Source: a candidate division WOR-3 bacterium (lineage in GTDB: Bacteria; Hydrothermota; Tepidihabitantia; Tepidihabitantales; Tepidihabitantaceae). Taken from it: a stretch of 53,727 nucleotides of DNA. The stretch is taken from NCBI GenBank assembly GCA_020352555.1, contig CP070680.1:1991569-2045295 (forward strand), given 5' to 3'. Each line of letters opens with the position of its first letter. Position 1 is the stretch's first letter. The notes beneath the pieces were generated by a model. It ran no database searches. It saw only the letters and a list, made by a program, of their open reading frames with translations, and was not told the DNA's origin. Of the stretch, positions 42,747-51,522 are shown piece after piece. A program made the position numbers and the translations under genes.

Positions 42747-43892
42747 TCAGTCGTCCTGGGTGGCGACGCGGCTGACCAGTGCATGAATCCTGCCGCCATG
42801 GTACACCGAGCGATGCCATCTGTTGGTGCAGATGACGAGTCCGACCCCGGTCGCTGGCTGGTACTCGACGACCGCGGAAAACGCCTTGTCACCGCCGGTG
42901 TGCCCGATCCAGCCGCCCACGGTTCGGGTCCAGAGCAGGCAGCGCCCGCTCGTCGGGTTGTGCAGCGTCAGCAGCTCGTCGACCGATTCCGGACTGAGAA
43001 TCCTCGTGCCCTCGAGCCGCCCGCGGTTGATGTACGCCAGCAGGAACCGGGCAAGGTCGTGCACAGTGGTCTTTAGCGCGCCCGCCGGGTAGGCGCGCGA
43101 CCGGTAGAACCGGAACGGTTCGAGCTCGGGCGAGTACGGCCGGGCCAGGCTGTCCTGGGCCAGGTCGCGGTACGAGAAGCTGGTGCTCGACATCCCCAGG
43201 GGCAGGAAGATGCTGTCCCGGCAGTATTCCTCGAACGCCTGCCCGCTGACCCGCTCGATCACCAGCCCGAGCAGCGACACTCCGATGTTGGAATACAGCT
43301 CGCGCTCGCCCGGCGCGCTGCTCTTCCAGACCACCGGCAGATAACTGCTGCCGCCCGGAACGATGAACTCGGGCAGCCACTCGGCAAGTCCCGGTGCCGA
43401 GTCCCAGGCCCAGTCGTCATAGAACCCGGGTATTTCCTCCAGCGGCCAAGCGAGCCCGGAAGTGTGCGTCATCAGATGCCGCGCAGTTATCGGGCTGTCC
43501 GGGTACGCGGGGTTCCTGACCCTGAACTCCAGATAGTTGTTGATGTCCGCGTCCAGGTCGAGCGGGCCGCGCTCGACCAGCTGCATCGCTGCGGTCGCCA
43601 CGACCAGCTTGGACACCGACGCGACACCGTAGATGGCGTTGGGGCCAGCCGGGTACTGGCGTTCGACATCGGCCGTGCCGAAGTACGCTTCCCACTCGAT
43701 TGCCCTGTCCCGGACCACTGCCGCGCACAGCGAAGGGATGTCGCCTTCCTCCTGCTCCTGCCTGAGCGCCGCCTCGACGTCTGCCACCTCCTCGAACCTG
43801 CCCTCGAGCAGCGAGCAGCCGGCCGCCAGCACCAGCAACGCCCAGCTGGCGGCCACCAGCACGCCGATCCGGGCCGTCAGCCTGCGCCTCAT
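42747..43892 (-). CDS. serine hydrolase, beta-lactamase/PBP4*-like (class C fold)
   Basis: Lipobox LAAGC. S-x-x-K motif in YGVASVSKLVV. YSNIG (Y-x-N). Confidence 0.9.
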   Translation of the reverse strand: MRRRLTARIGVLVAASWALLVLAAGCSLLEGRFEEVADVEAALRQEQEEGDIPSLCAAVVRDRAIEWEAYFGTADVERQYPAGPNAIYGVASVSKLVVATAAMQLVERGPLDLDADINNYLEFRVRNPAYPDSPITARHLMTHTSGLAWPLEEIPGFYDDWAWDSAPGLAEWLPEFIVPGGSSYLPVVWKSSAPGERELYSNIGVSLLGLVIERVSGQAFEEYCRDSIFLPLGMSSTSFSYRDLAQDSLARPYSPELEPFRFYRSRAYPAGALKTTVHDLARFLLAYINRGRLEGTRILSPESVDELLTLHNPTSGRCLLWTRTVGGWIGHTGGDKAFSAVVEYQPATGVGLVICTNRWHRSVYHGGRIHALVSRVATQDD

Positions 43893-43893
43893 G

Positions 43894-44571
43894 CTAGAAC
43901 CGGTATCCTGTCATCAGCCCGAGCGACAGGACCTGGACCCGTCCCGGTGTCTCCAGGACCGGGATGTGGCCTCGGGCAGGGTACATCACGTCGGCCAGAC
44001 CCCAGTTGAGCCGCGCGTCCAGCACCAGCCTGCCGATGCCCGCAGCGATGTCCGAGTCGATTCCGAACACCAGCCCGTAGTCGAACTGGCGCACAGTCTC
44101 CAGTATGCGGGTGTCCGGCTCGCCGCGGTACACCAGCGTGCCAGCCGCGTCCAGCCGGTAGGCGGCGAACGGCCCCACGTAGACGCCCGGGCGCACGCCA
44201 CCTCGCGGCAGCCCGACGCGGAACAGAACCGGCATCTCGAGATAGCTGATGCGGACCTTGTAGGACGAATTGTAGGGCCGGATCAGGTTCAGATGGTAGC
44301 CGCGCTGGACGAAGCCCAGCTCAGGCCGGAGGGTGAGGAAGCCGAGCAGCCCGGCGTCCCATGTCACCGACAGCTGCGGTCCGTACTGAGGGTATCCGAC
44401 GGTCTGCAGCATCTCGACCTCATACCCCAGGTACGGCCGAAAATCCTCATCCGACGCGAGCAGGCCCGACACCGCCGCGCCGGCCCTGACCCCCAACCCC
44501 GCCTGGGCGACTCCCGCCAGCAGCAGGCAGCCCAGGGCGACGCGCGGCACAAGGCGAAGATATCGGGTCAT
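43894..44571 (-). CDS. outer-membrane beta-barrel (porin-family/PorT-like) protein
   Basis: Signal peptide. Alternating beta-strand pattern. C-terminal ...LSLGLMTGYRF aromatic terminus. Confidence 0.8.
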   Translation of the reverse strand: MTRYLRLVPRVALGCLLLAGVAQAGLGVRAGAAVSGLLASDEDFRPYLGYEVEMLQTVGYPQYGPQLSVTWDAGLLGFLTLRPELGFVQRGYHLNLIRPYNSSYKVRISYLEMPVLFRVGLPRGGVRPGVYVGPFAAYRLDAAGTLVYRGEPDTRILETVRQFDYGLVFGIDSDIAAGIGRLVLDARLNWGLADVMYPARGHIPVLETPGRVQVLSLGLMTGYRF

Positions 44572-44614
44572 GTTGTCGTGTCAAACCGCCATGGCCCCAC
44601 CGTTCGGACCGGGC

Positions 44615-44643
44615 TGGACAATACCCCAGCGCCCCGATAGAAT
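44615..44643 (+). promoter_or_regulatory. sigma70-like promoter TGGACA-N17-TAGAAT
   Basis: Read directly. About 36-nt leader with an AAAAGGAGAA SD before GTG 44686. Confidence 0.5.
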
Positions 44644-44685
44644 TCCTCCCCGTTCGGCGCACCTCGTACAAAAAGGAGAACTGCC

Positions 44686-45465
44686 GTGAGGCAATTGTGT
44701 ACCGCCTTGGCAGCCACGCTGCTCGTCGTCGGCTGCACCAAAATCGATCCCGACCCCAAGGCCGTTCAGGTCGAAGCCGAAGAGCCCCGCGCCTGGGCGG
44801 CGGACGGGGTTGACAAAATCTGGATTGAGAGCGTCAGCGGCAACATCGCGGTGACTGCCGCGGGCGATGCCGACTCGATCACCGCTGACATCACCCGCTA
44901 TGCCACCGGCGAGGACAGCGCCGACGCGCTCGCGTGGCTGGACTCGGTCGCCGTGAAAGACGAGTCCAACGGCGGCGAGCTTGAGATCGAGTGCCAGTTT
45001 CCTTCCGACTTCCAGGGCCACAACCTCGGGGCCGCGTTCCAGATGTCATCCCCGGCCGGCAAGTCGCTGCGGCTTGAGCTCACCAACGGCGACATCGACA
45101 TCGACGGCATGGCCGCCGGCGCCGAACTGGACTGCGTCAACAGCAACGTCTCAATAGTCGGCCTGCAGGGCGGGGCACTGGTCGAGGCCGTCAACGGCGA
45201 CGTCGATTGCGACCTGGCGGCCCTGGCTGCGCCGGAATCGGCCGTGCTGTCGACCGTCAACGGCAATCTGGTGCTTTCGCTCCCGGCCGGTGTCTCGGCG
45301 ACGTTCGACGCCCAAACCGGCACCGGCAGCGTGGCTGTCACCGGGTTCGGCGACGTCAGCTACACGACCAACGAGGACCGGCACAAGGCCGGCACAATCG
45401 GCGGTGGCGGTGCGACCATCGACCTCGATGGGGTCAACGGCAACGTGACCATCCGGGCCCGCTGA
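44686..45465 (+). CDS. DUF4097-like beta-strand-repeat lipoprotein (putative adhesin fold)
   Basis: Lipobox LLVVGC. Repeated (V/T)NG(D/N)(I/V/L) strands (SGNIAV, TNGDIDI, VNGDVDC, VNGNLVL, VNGNVTI). Confidence 0.8.
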   Translation: MRQLCTALAATLLVVGCTKIDPDPKAVQVEAEEPRAWAADGVDKIWIESVSGNIAVTAAGDADSITADITRYATGEDSADALAWLDSVAVKDESNGGELEIECQFPSDFQGHNLGAAFQMSSPAGKSLRLELTNGDIDIDGMAAGAELDCVNSNVSIVGLQGGALVEAVNGDVDCDLAALAAPESAVLSTVNGNLVLSLPAGVSATFDAQTGTGSVAVTGFGDVSYTTNEDRHKAGTIGGGGATIDLDGVNGNVTIRAR

Positions 45466-45507
45466 CGCGGGCCGGATTGTTCACGAGCCACCGGACTCCC
45501 ACAGACC

Positions 45508-46473
45508 ATGAACGACCGGACGACCCCGGCCGATACCAGGCGATTCAAACTCTCCAAGCTCGTCATCCCGGCGGTGATGACGGCCGCCTTCTGGGCCATC
45601 GCTGTCCTCTTCTGGCGCCTGTCCGGGCACTGGTTCTTCCTCGTCAACTTCGGCTACATCGGGCTCTCGGTCGGATTCGGCATGGCGCTGTACACGCCGC
45701 TCCCGCGCCGGCGCAAGCCCTGGGGCAGGCGCATCACCCAGTTTCTGGTCGGCGCCTACATGCTGGGCCTGCTCGGACTTGTGGCCCGCGAGAACATGCA
45801 GCTCGAAGGCTTCTTCCACTTCCTGCTCGCCGGCTTCTTCGCCGGGGCCGTCATCCACTACACGGTCGCCAAGCTCCTCGGCCCGCTGCTCTTCGGCCGG
45901 GCTTGGTGCGGCTGGGCGTGCTGGACCGCGATGGTGCTCGACCTGCTGCCGTTCAAGCGCAACCAGGCCGGTCGGCTGCCCGGTCCCTGGGGCCTGCTGC
46001 GCTACCTCCATTTTTCCCTCAGCCTGGTGGTCGTGCTCGTTCTCTGGTTCGTGTTCCGCTACCAGGTCAGGACCAACGACATCCACTCGCTCTACTGGCT
46101 CGCCGTCGGCAACGTCATCTACCACGGGGTCGGCATCCTGCTCGCCGTCGCCCTCAGGGACAACCGGGCGTTCTGCAAGTACGTCTGCCCGATCCCGACC
46201 CTGCAGAAGGTTCTGTCCCGCTTCGCGCTGCTCAAGATATCGGGCAATCGGGACAAGTGCACCGAGTGCGGCGCCTGCGCAAGGGCCTGCCCGATGGACA
46301 TCCGGGTCCACGAATACGCTGCCCGGGCTCGCCGGGTCCTGTCGACCGAGTGCATCCAGTGCTTCGAGTGTGAGAACGTCTGTCCCAGGGGTGCGCTGCG
46401 AACCACCTTCCGGTTCGACGGCGGCAATTCCGAGTTGATCAGGACCCGCCGGACCGCCGAACCCGAGCCCTGA
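45508..46473 (+). CDS. membrane-bound 4Fe-4S ferredoxin-type protein (NapH/polyferredoxin-like)
   Basis: Six hydrophobic helices. CKYVCP, CTECGACARACP and CIQCFECENVCP cluster motifs. Confidence 0.85.
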   Translation: MNDRTTPADTRRFKLSKLVIPAVMTAAFWAIAVLFWRLSGHWFFLVNFGYIGLSVGFGMALYTPLPRRRKPWGRRITQFLVGAYMLGLLGLVARENMQLEGFFHFLLAGFFAGAVIHYTVAKLLGPLLFGRAWCGWACWTAMVLDLLPFKRNQAGRLPGPWGLLRYLHFSLSLVVVLVLWFVFRYQVRTNDIHSLYWLAVGNVIYHGVGILLAVALRDNRAFCKYVCPIPTLQKVLSRFALLKISGNRDKCTECGACARACPMDIRVHEYAARARRVLSTECIQCFECENVCPRGALRTTFRFDGGNSELIRTRRTAEPEP

Positions 46474-46476
46474 GAA

Positions 46477-46500
46477 ACGGGCCGGGCTAGGCCGGCCCGT
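46477..46500. terminator. bidirectional hairpin ACGGGCCGG-GCTAGG-CCGGCCCGT
   Basis: 9-bp GC stem between convergent genes. The minus-strand gene's stop codon lies in the loop. Confidence 0.5.
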
Positions 46501-46963
46501 CCTGCAACCGGTCGCTCCTGCGCCTGGTTCGCCGGCGCAGCAGCCAGATCACCAGCACCACGAGCAGTCCCAGCGCCGACATCACGGCCGCGAACCAGAC
46601 CCCGCTCCAGGTCCAGCGCGTCGAATGCAGCGCACGGTGCTCGGGCCTGACGTCGAAATCGACCAACGGCCCGGTTCGGCCCAGAACGAAGACCAGCACC
46701 CGCAGGGCATGGAGGATCGCGGCCGCAGCACCCGCACGCAGAGCAGGACCAGCGCTCTTCGCGGTGTTGGCGATCCACCACCGCACCGCGCCGGCCAGAA
46801 CCGCCAAGTCTACGACCAGCTCGGCCACAAGCAGAGCCGATACCCACGCCGTCAGCACCGCCAGCGCGCCCCCGGCCAGCATCATGGCCGCCCGGGACAG
46901 CAGCACGCAGGCGCCCAGCGCAAGCAGCGACGCGTACAGCCTTTGGCGTGAAGGCCTCAGCAT
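46487..46963 (-). CDS. hypothetical 4-TM membrane protein
   Basis: 158 aa with four hydrophobic segments. Follows the CPBP gene by 86 nt. Confidence 0.6.
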   Translation of the reverse strand: MLRPSRQRLYASLLALGACVLLSRAAMMLAGGALAVLTAWVSALLVAELVVDLAVLAGAVRWWIANTAKSAGPALRAGAAAAILHALRVLVFVLGRTGPLVDFDVRPEHRALHSTRWTWSGVWFAAVMSALGLLVVLVIWLLRRRTRRRSDRLQDGPA

Positions 46964-47049
46964 CGCCTGCGCCTCATGACATACACCTCTGTCCTTCCTC
47001 TGCCTTCGCCCCCCTGTACCTCTTCACCCGGCCCCAGCACGACCGGCGG

Positions 47050-47979
47050 TCAGCGTATCCCATTGTCCCCTGCGCCAGCCGGGGGCCGGAAGAAAACCGA
47101 CCGGCCGACCCAGACCAGGACCGCAGCCGCACCGATCGCTGACAGCCCTGTCACCAGCCTGTCGACCGGCCCGCCGTCAAAGCTCATCCAGACCAGAGAG
47201 CTGGCATAGTTGGCGGTCAGGTGAAACAGTATCGCGGCCCAGACGCTGCCGTGGGTCGCCAGGTGCAGCCACGTGAACACCACCGTCATGCCGATTGTGC
47301 CGATCCAGAATGACCCGAAGTCGATCACCGGGTTTCCCCAAAGCTGCTGGATCGTGCCCGGTACAAAGAACACCGGCAGGTGCCAGAGTCCGTGAGCCGC
47401 GCCCAGAACCAGACTCGACCGCAGCCCGCCCCAGCGCGCCAGCAGCCTGTCCATGGCAAAGCCCCGCCAGCCCAACTCCTCGGACAGCGGACCGAACAGG
47501 AACAGCTGCACCGTCAGCCCGACCAGGAGCACCGGCCGGGCCAGCGGCGTGGGCAGAGACAAGGTGCCGCCCCGCAGCACCTGGACCGCGATTCGGACGC
47601 CCGACATCATGACCGGAACCAGAAAGACGACAAGATAGGCCCGCCCCCCCAGCCTGAAACTGATGCAACGCCTCCAAAGCTCGCGCAGCCCGGCCCGGCC
47701 TTCGTGGCGCCAGGTCATCAGCACCCCCGCAATCGAAGGCGCGAACCCACCCACAGCAAGCAGCGCCAGCCCGATCGCGGCCGGACTCGGCTGGTCAGGG
47801 CTGACCGACCCGCCCGGAATCCCGAACAATGCCATCGCCCACCACGCCAGCCAGCTGATGGCGAATGTCAGGCCGAAATAGGCCCAGAGCCCTGACCGCC
47901 CGCGCGCCTGCGCTGACTGCGGCATCATTCCCCGCTCAGAGTCAGCAGACACGCCGTGACGCAGCCTGTTTTCTCTCAC
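47050..47979 (-). CDS. CPBP-family intramembrane glutamic endopeptidase (CAAX protease/Abi type)
   Basis: GPLSEELGWRGF (EExxxR), GAAHGLWH and FHLTANY motifs. GTG 47979 follows the R4 promoter; ATG 47928 (MMPQSAQ...) is an alternative start. Confidence 0.85.
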   Translation of the reverse strand: MRENRLRHGVSADSERGMMPQSAQARGRSGLWAYFGLTFAISWLAWWAMALFGIPGGSVSPDQPSPAAIGLALLAVGGFAPSIAGVLMTWRHEGRAGLRELWRRCISFRLGGRAYLVVFLVPVMMSGVRIAVQVLRGGTLSLPTPLARPVLLVGLTVQLFLFGPLSEELGWRGFAMDRLLARWGGLRSSLVLGAAHGLWHLPVFFVPGTIQQLWGNPVIDFGSFWIGTIGMTVVFTWLHLATHGSVWAAILFHLTANYASSLVWMSFDGGPVDRLVTGLSAIGAAAVLVWVGRSVFFRPPAGAGDNGIR

Positions 47980-48120
47980 GCGGCCAACATATTGCGTCCG
48001 GCTGGGGAGTCAAGGCTCAAGTCAGGCGGAGGGGAACGGAGTAGCTTTCCGGGTCTCCCTTGACGTCGTTCGGAGAAAGATGGCAACAACCAATCCCCCA
48101 CTATTCGCTTTGTCGCCACA
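47977..48120 (-). repeat. intergenic module copy R4
   Basis: See R1 and R3. Fills the whole gap between the MacB-like permease stop and the CPBP start. Confidence 0.6.
47986..48013 (-). promoter_or_regulatory. promoter TTGACT-N16-TATGTT then GGCCGC-GTG (module R4)
   Basis: Plus-strand agtcaa at 48008..48013 and aacata at 47986..47991. GTG 47979 lies 6 nt after the -10. Confidence 0.5.
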
Positions 48121-48137
48121 GCCTGCTGTCCGGCCGG

Positions 48138-49355
48138 CTATTCGTAGCGGAGCGCGTCGATGGGATTCAGGCCCGCGGCCTTGCGTGCCGGGTAGTATCC
48201 GAAGAATACGCCGACTGCCGCCGCGAATACGACTGCGAGCAGCACGACCGGCGGGTTGAGCGTGGTCGGGATGTCGAGCAGAAGGGTGAGCAGCGCCGCG
48301 ATCAGGGCCGACACCAGCACCCCGATGATGCCGCCGGCCAGACTCAGCACCACGGATTCGGTCAGGAACTGGACCAGGATGTCGCTGCCCCTGGCTCCGA
48401 CCGCGAGCCGGATGCCGATTTCGCGGGTGCGCTCGGTCACCGACACGAGCATGATGTTCATGATGCCGATGCCGCCGACGATGAGCGACACGCAGGCGAT
48501 GGCGCCGAGCAGCAGAGTCATGGTCCGAGAGGTCGAGGACGCGCGCTCGATTATCTCGGCCTGGGTCCGGACGTTGAAGTCGTCTTCTTCAGACTCGGCC
48601 AGCCGATGCTCCTGGCGGAGGATGGCTGTAATCTCCGAGGCGGCAGAGTCGACCGCGCCGGCTGACTTCGCGCTGGTCTCGATCCGGTCCACGTGCTGCC
48701 CGCCCTTGAACCGGTAAAGCGCGGTCGTGACCGGCACGAGGATGACGTCGTCCTGGTCTTCGCCCATCCCGCCCTGGCCTTTCTCGGCGAGCACGCCGAT
48801 GACGGTAAGTGGCTGGGCCCCGACCCTGACCTGGGCGCCGACCGGATCCACGTCCGGGAACAGCTCGTCGACCACAGTCCGTCCCAGTACCGCGACCTTT
48901 GCCCTTGACTTGACGTCTCGGTCGGTGAAGAACTCGCCGCGCGCAAGACTCCAGGTCTTGATGTCGAGGTATTGCGGCGAAACGCCGGTGACCCGGGTGT
49001 TCCAGTTGCCCTGTCCGCCGATGACCTGCTGCTGGGAGTTGACGATTGCGGACACCGCGCCGATCTGGGTCGCCTGAGATGCCAGCGCATCCGCGTCCTC
49101 GAGCGTTATCCGGGCCCGACTCCCGGCTCCGCCGCTCACCCCGCGGAAGCTCCTGCGCGCGGGCATGACCATCAGCACATTGGTGCCGAGCGCCTCGATC
49201 TGCTGACGGATCGAGGCCTGCGCGCCCTGTCCCACCCCGACCATGACGATGACCGAGGCGACGCCGATGATGATGCCGAGCGAGGTCAAGAGGCTCCTGG
49301 TCTTGTTGCGCCTTATGCTGGTGAGCGCGGCGCGGAACAGCCTGCTCCTTCTCAT
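48138..49355 (-). CDS. MacB-like ABC transporter permease (FtsX domain)
   Basis: MRRSRLFRAALTSIRRNKTRSLLTSLGIIIGVASVI.... Large periplasmic domain. TERTREIGIRLAVGA. Confidence 0.9.
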   Translation of the reverse strand: MRRSRLFRAALTSIRRNKTRSLLTSLGIIIGVASVIVMVGVGQGAQASIRQQIEALGTNVLMVMPARRSFRGVSGGAGSRARITLEDADALASQATQIGAVSAIVNSQQQVIGGQGNWNTRVTGVSPQYLDIKTWSLARGEFFTDRDVKSRAKVAVLGRTVVDELFPDVDPVGAQVRVGAQPLTVIGVLAEKGQGGMGEDQDDVILVPVTTALYRFKGGQHVDRIETSAKSAGAVDSAASEITAILRQEHRLAESEEDDFNVRTQAEIIERASSTSRTMTLLLGAIACVSLIVGGIGIMNIMLVSVTERTREIGIRLAVGARGSDILVQFLTESVVLSLAGGIIGVLVSALIAALLTLLLDIPTTLNPPVVLLAVVFAAAVGVFFGYYPARKAAGLNPIDALRYE

Positions 49356-50146
49356 TGGCCGATCGCCTCCATCCGCGCCTCGACGTCCACCACCGGCAAC
49401 GCGGCGAGGTCCTGAGCTGCGCTACCGCGCTTCTCGACCGGGTAGTCGCGCGTGATGCGGCCGTCGCGCATGACGACTACGCGCCGGGCATAGCGCGCGA
49501 TGTCGGGCTCGTGCGTCACCATGACGATGGTGATTCCGGCGTGGTTGAGTTCCTGGAATACCGTCATCACCTCGACCGAAGTCCGGGAGTCCAGGTTGCC
49601 GGTCGGCTCGTCGGCCAGTACCAGGGCTGGTTCGTTCACCAGTGCCCGCGCAATGGCAACGCGCTGCTGTTGCCCGCCCGACAACTGGTTGGGAACGTGT
49701 TGCACGCGGTCCGCAAGCCCGACCCGGTCCAGAGCCGCTGATGCCAGTTGCCCGGCCGGGCCGTGAAGACCCGACCGGTCGTAGAGCAGCGGCAGCTCGA
49801 CGTTCTCGAGCGCGGACGTGCGCGCAATCAGGTTGTAGCCCTGGAATATGAAACCGATCTTGCGGTTCCGGACATCGGCGTACTGGTTCCGAGAGAGCCG
49901 GCTTGTCTCCTCGCCGTCGAGCAGGTATCGGCCAGTAGTGGGTCGGTCGAGACAGCCGATGACATTAAGAAGCGTTGATTTGCCGGACCCGGACGCGCCC
50001 ATGATGGCCAGGAACTCACCTCTGCTCACCGTGAGGTCGACGCCCCGCAAGGCGCGGACCTTTACGTCCCCGAGGTCATAGACTCGGGTCAGGTCGTGGA
50101 TTTCGATGACCGGCTCCATCTGCCAGGACCGGTTCGAAGATACCAC
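49352..50146 (-). CDS. MacB-type ABC transporter ATP-binding protein
   Basis: [35 protein letters not shown] 50146 has an AGGAAGG SD 5 nt upstream; ATG 50119 is an alternative. ATGA overlap with the permease start. The ORF-track start 50356 lies inside macA. Confidence 0.9.
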   Translation of the reverse strand: MVSSNRSWQMEPVIEIHDLTRVYDLGDVKVRALRGVDLTVSRGEFLAIMGASGSGKSTLLNVIGCLDRPTTGRYLLDGEETSRLSRNQYADVRNRKIGFIFQGYNLIARTSALENVELPLLYDRSGLHGPAGQLASAALDRVGLADRVQHVPNQLSGGQQQRVAIARALVNEPALVLADEPTGNLDSRTSVEVMTVFQELNHAGITIVMVTHEPDIARYARRVVVMRDGRITRDYPVEKRGSAAQDLAALPVVDVEARMEAIGQ

Positions 50147-50148
50147 GG

Positions 50149-51384
50149 CTACCTTCCTGGGCCAAACATCGGGCCGCCGAATCCGCCTCTGCGCAGCCCG
50201 CCCCGTCTGCTTGCCGGGGTGCCGGACGCTTTGGTTATCACCCGCATCCCTTCGGTGATTTCGCCGCGCACGGAAGTGATCTCGGTGTTGCGGCCGTCGG
50301 TCGCACCGGTCCGAACCAGCACTACCCCAGGCTGGTCCTGCTCGTCCATGCACCACAGCCTGGCGACATCGGCTCCGGCTTCGGGACTGGGGACTGAAGC
50401 AGAATCCGGAAGGGGTCTCCGGCTGGCTGAATCACCATTCCGGCCGCCGCGCAGCTTGCGAAGCTGGTCTACCATCTCCTGAGTTGGCTGCAGGTTCAAC
50501 GCGTTGTTGGGGGCCATGAGCACACCCCGGCGTTGCTCGACATAGAAATCGACCGTCGCGGTCATGCCGGGCAGCAGCAGGCCGTCTTCGTTGGCAGCTT
50601 CGACCACGACGGTGTAGTTGACGACATTGGACACTGTCTGCGGCTGAAGCCGGACCTGAATCGCCATGCCCGTGAACTCACGGTCCGGGAATGCCTGAAC
50701 CGTGAACCTGACCGGGATGCCCGAATCGATCTGGCCGATGTCGCTTTCGTCGACCAGGGCCAGAATCCGCATCCGGGCAAGGTCCTGGACAACAATGAAG
50801 AGGGTCGGGGTCGAGAAGCTGGCGGCAACGGTCTGCCCGGGTTCGACGGCACGGCTGAGGACCGTGCCCGCGATGGGTGAGCGGATGTAGGCGTAGGCGA
50901 GGTTGGTCTCTGCCCTTTCCAGCGCCGCCTCGGCCGACTGCTTCGCAGCCAGAGCTGACGCCGCGCCTGTCTTCGCCGTCTCCAGCTCGGTCTCGGAAAT
51001 CAGGCCCAGGTCGAACAGCTCCTGCTTGCGATTGAACTCCGACGCGACCTGGCTGTGGTGGGTCTCGGCCTTGGTCAGGTTTGCCCGGGCATCGCTCACC
51101 TGGGCTGCGAGCGGCACCGTGTCGAGTATAGCCAGCAACTGACCTTTCGTCACCCTGTCGTTGAAGTCGACCAGCACGCGCTCGACACTGCCCGACACCT
51201 GTGTGCCGATCTCGACCGTGCCGACCGGTTCCATTGTCCCGGAGCTGGATACGATGTTCTCGATGTCCCCTCGTCTCACTTCCCCGAACTCGTACTTCGC
51301 CTGCCCGTTCTTGCGGCACCCGGTCAGCACGAGAACAAGCACGGCGGCCAGGCCTGCAAGGAGGCGCGCGTACCGGCGTTTCAT
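50149..51384 (-). CDS. efflux periplasmic adaptor subunit (MacA/HlyD family)
   Basis: AAGGAG SD then ATG 51384. Lipobox VLTGC. Coiled-coil hairpin and barrel-sandwich motifs (GQLLAILD). Gly/Arg-rich C-terminal tail. Confidence 0.9.
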   Translation of the reverse strand: MKRRYARLLAGLAAVLVLVLTGCRKNGQAKYEFGEVRRGDIENIVSSSGTMEPVGTVEIGTQVSGSVERVLVDFNDRVTKGQLLAILDTVPLAAQVSDARANLTKAETHHSQVASEFNRKQELFDLGLISETELETAKTGAASALAAKQSAEAALERAETNLAYAYIRSPIAGTVLSRAVEPGQTVAASFSTPTLFIVVQDLARMRILALVDESDIGQIDSGIPVRFTVQAFPDREFTGMAIQVRLQPQTVSNVVNYTVVVEAANEDGLLLPGMTATVDFYVEQRRGVLMAPNNALNLQPTQEMVDQLRKLRGGRNGDSASRRPLPDSASVPSPEAGADVARLWCMDEQDQPGVVLVRTGATDGRNTEITSVRGEITEGMRVITKASGTPASRRGGLRRGGFGGPMFGPGR

Positions 51385-51475
51385 GTCTGCTCCTTCTACC
51401 CGGGAGTCAAATGCAGGGGCGCAATTGGAACCCGGGTGTCTGCGCTTCATGTCGGTTAAGACCCGGACGCGCTGC

Positions 51476-51493
51476 TGTTCCTGCGCAGGAACA
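51476..51493. promoter_or_regulatory. perfect 18-bp palindrome TGTTCCTGC|GCAGGAACA in the divergent macA/tolC region (candidate operator)
   Basis: Read directly. Its centre lies 38 nt upstream of the TolC-family ATG. Confidence 0.4.
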
Positions 51494-51522
51494 TACCGGC
51501 CGCCGGGTCTAAGAGGAACGAT

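Noticed and set aside
47980-48137. Reading the repeat modules as small coding genes. R4 gives VATKRIVGDWLLPSFSERRQGRPGKLLRSPPPDLSLDSPAGRNMLAA*. R1 gives MATPTGFRRTRGRNPRQLAFPGARFGPLDTPVSHNILAA*. Both end in a GTGA overlap with the next start. R3 gives MGTHPFSERRQGE....
   Set aside because: The in-frame indels are suggestive. However, R1/R4 substitutions fall mostly on first and second codon positions, the peptides are low-complexity Arg/Pro/Gly, R3 diverges completely after 12 residues, and the conserved positions coincide with the -35, -10 and discriminator. DNA-level conservation is the simpler explanation. The coding reading is kept as an alternative to test by Ribo-seq.
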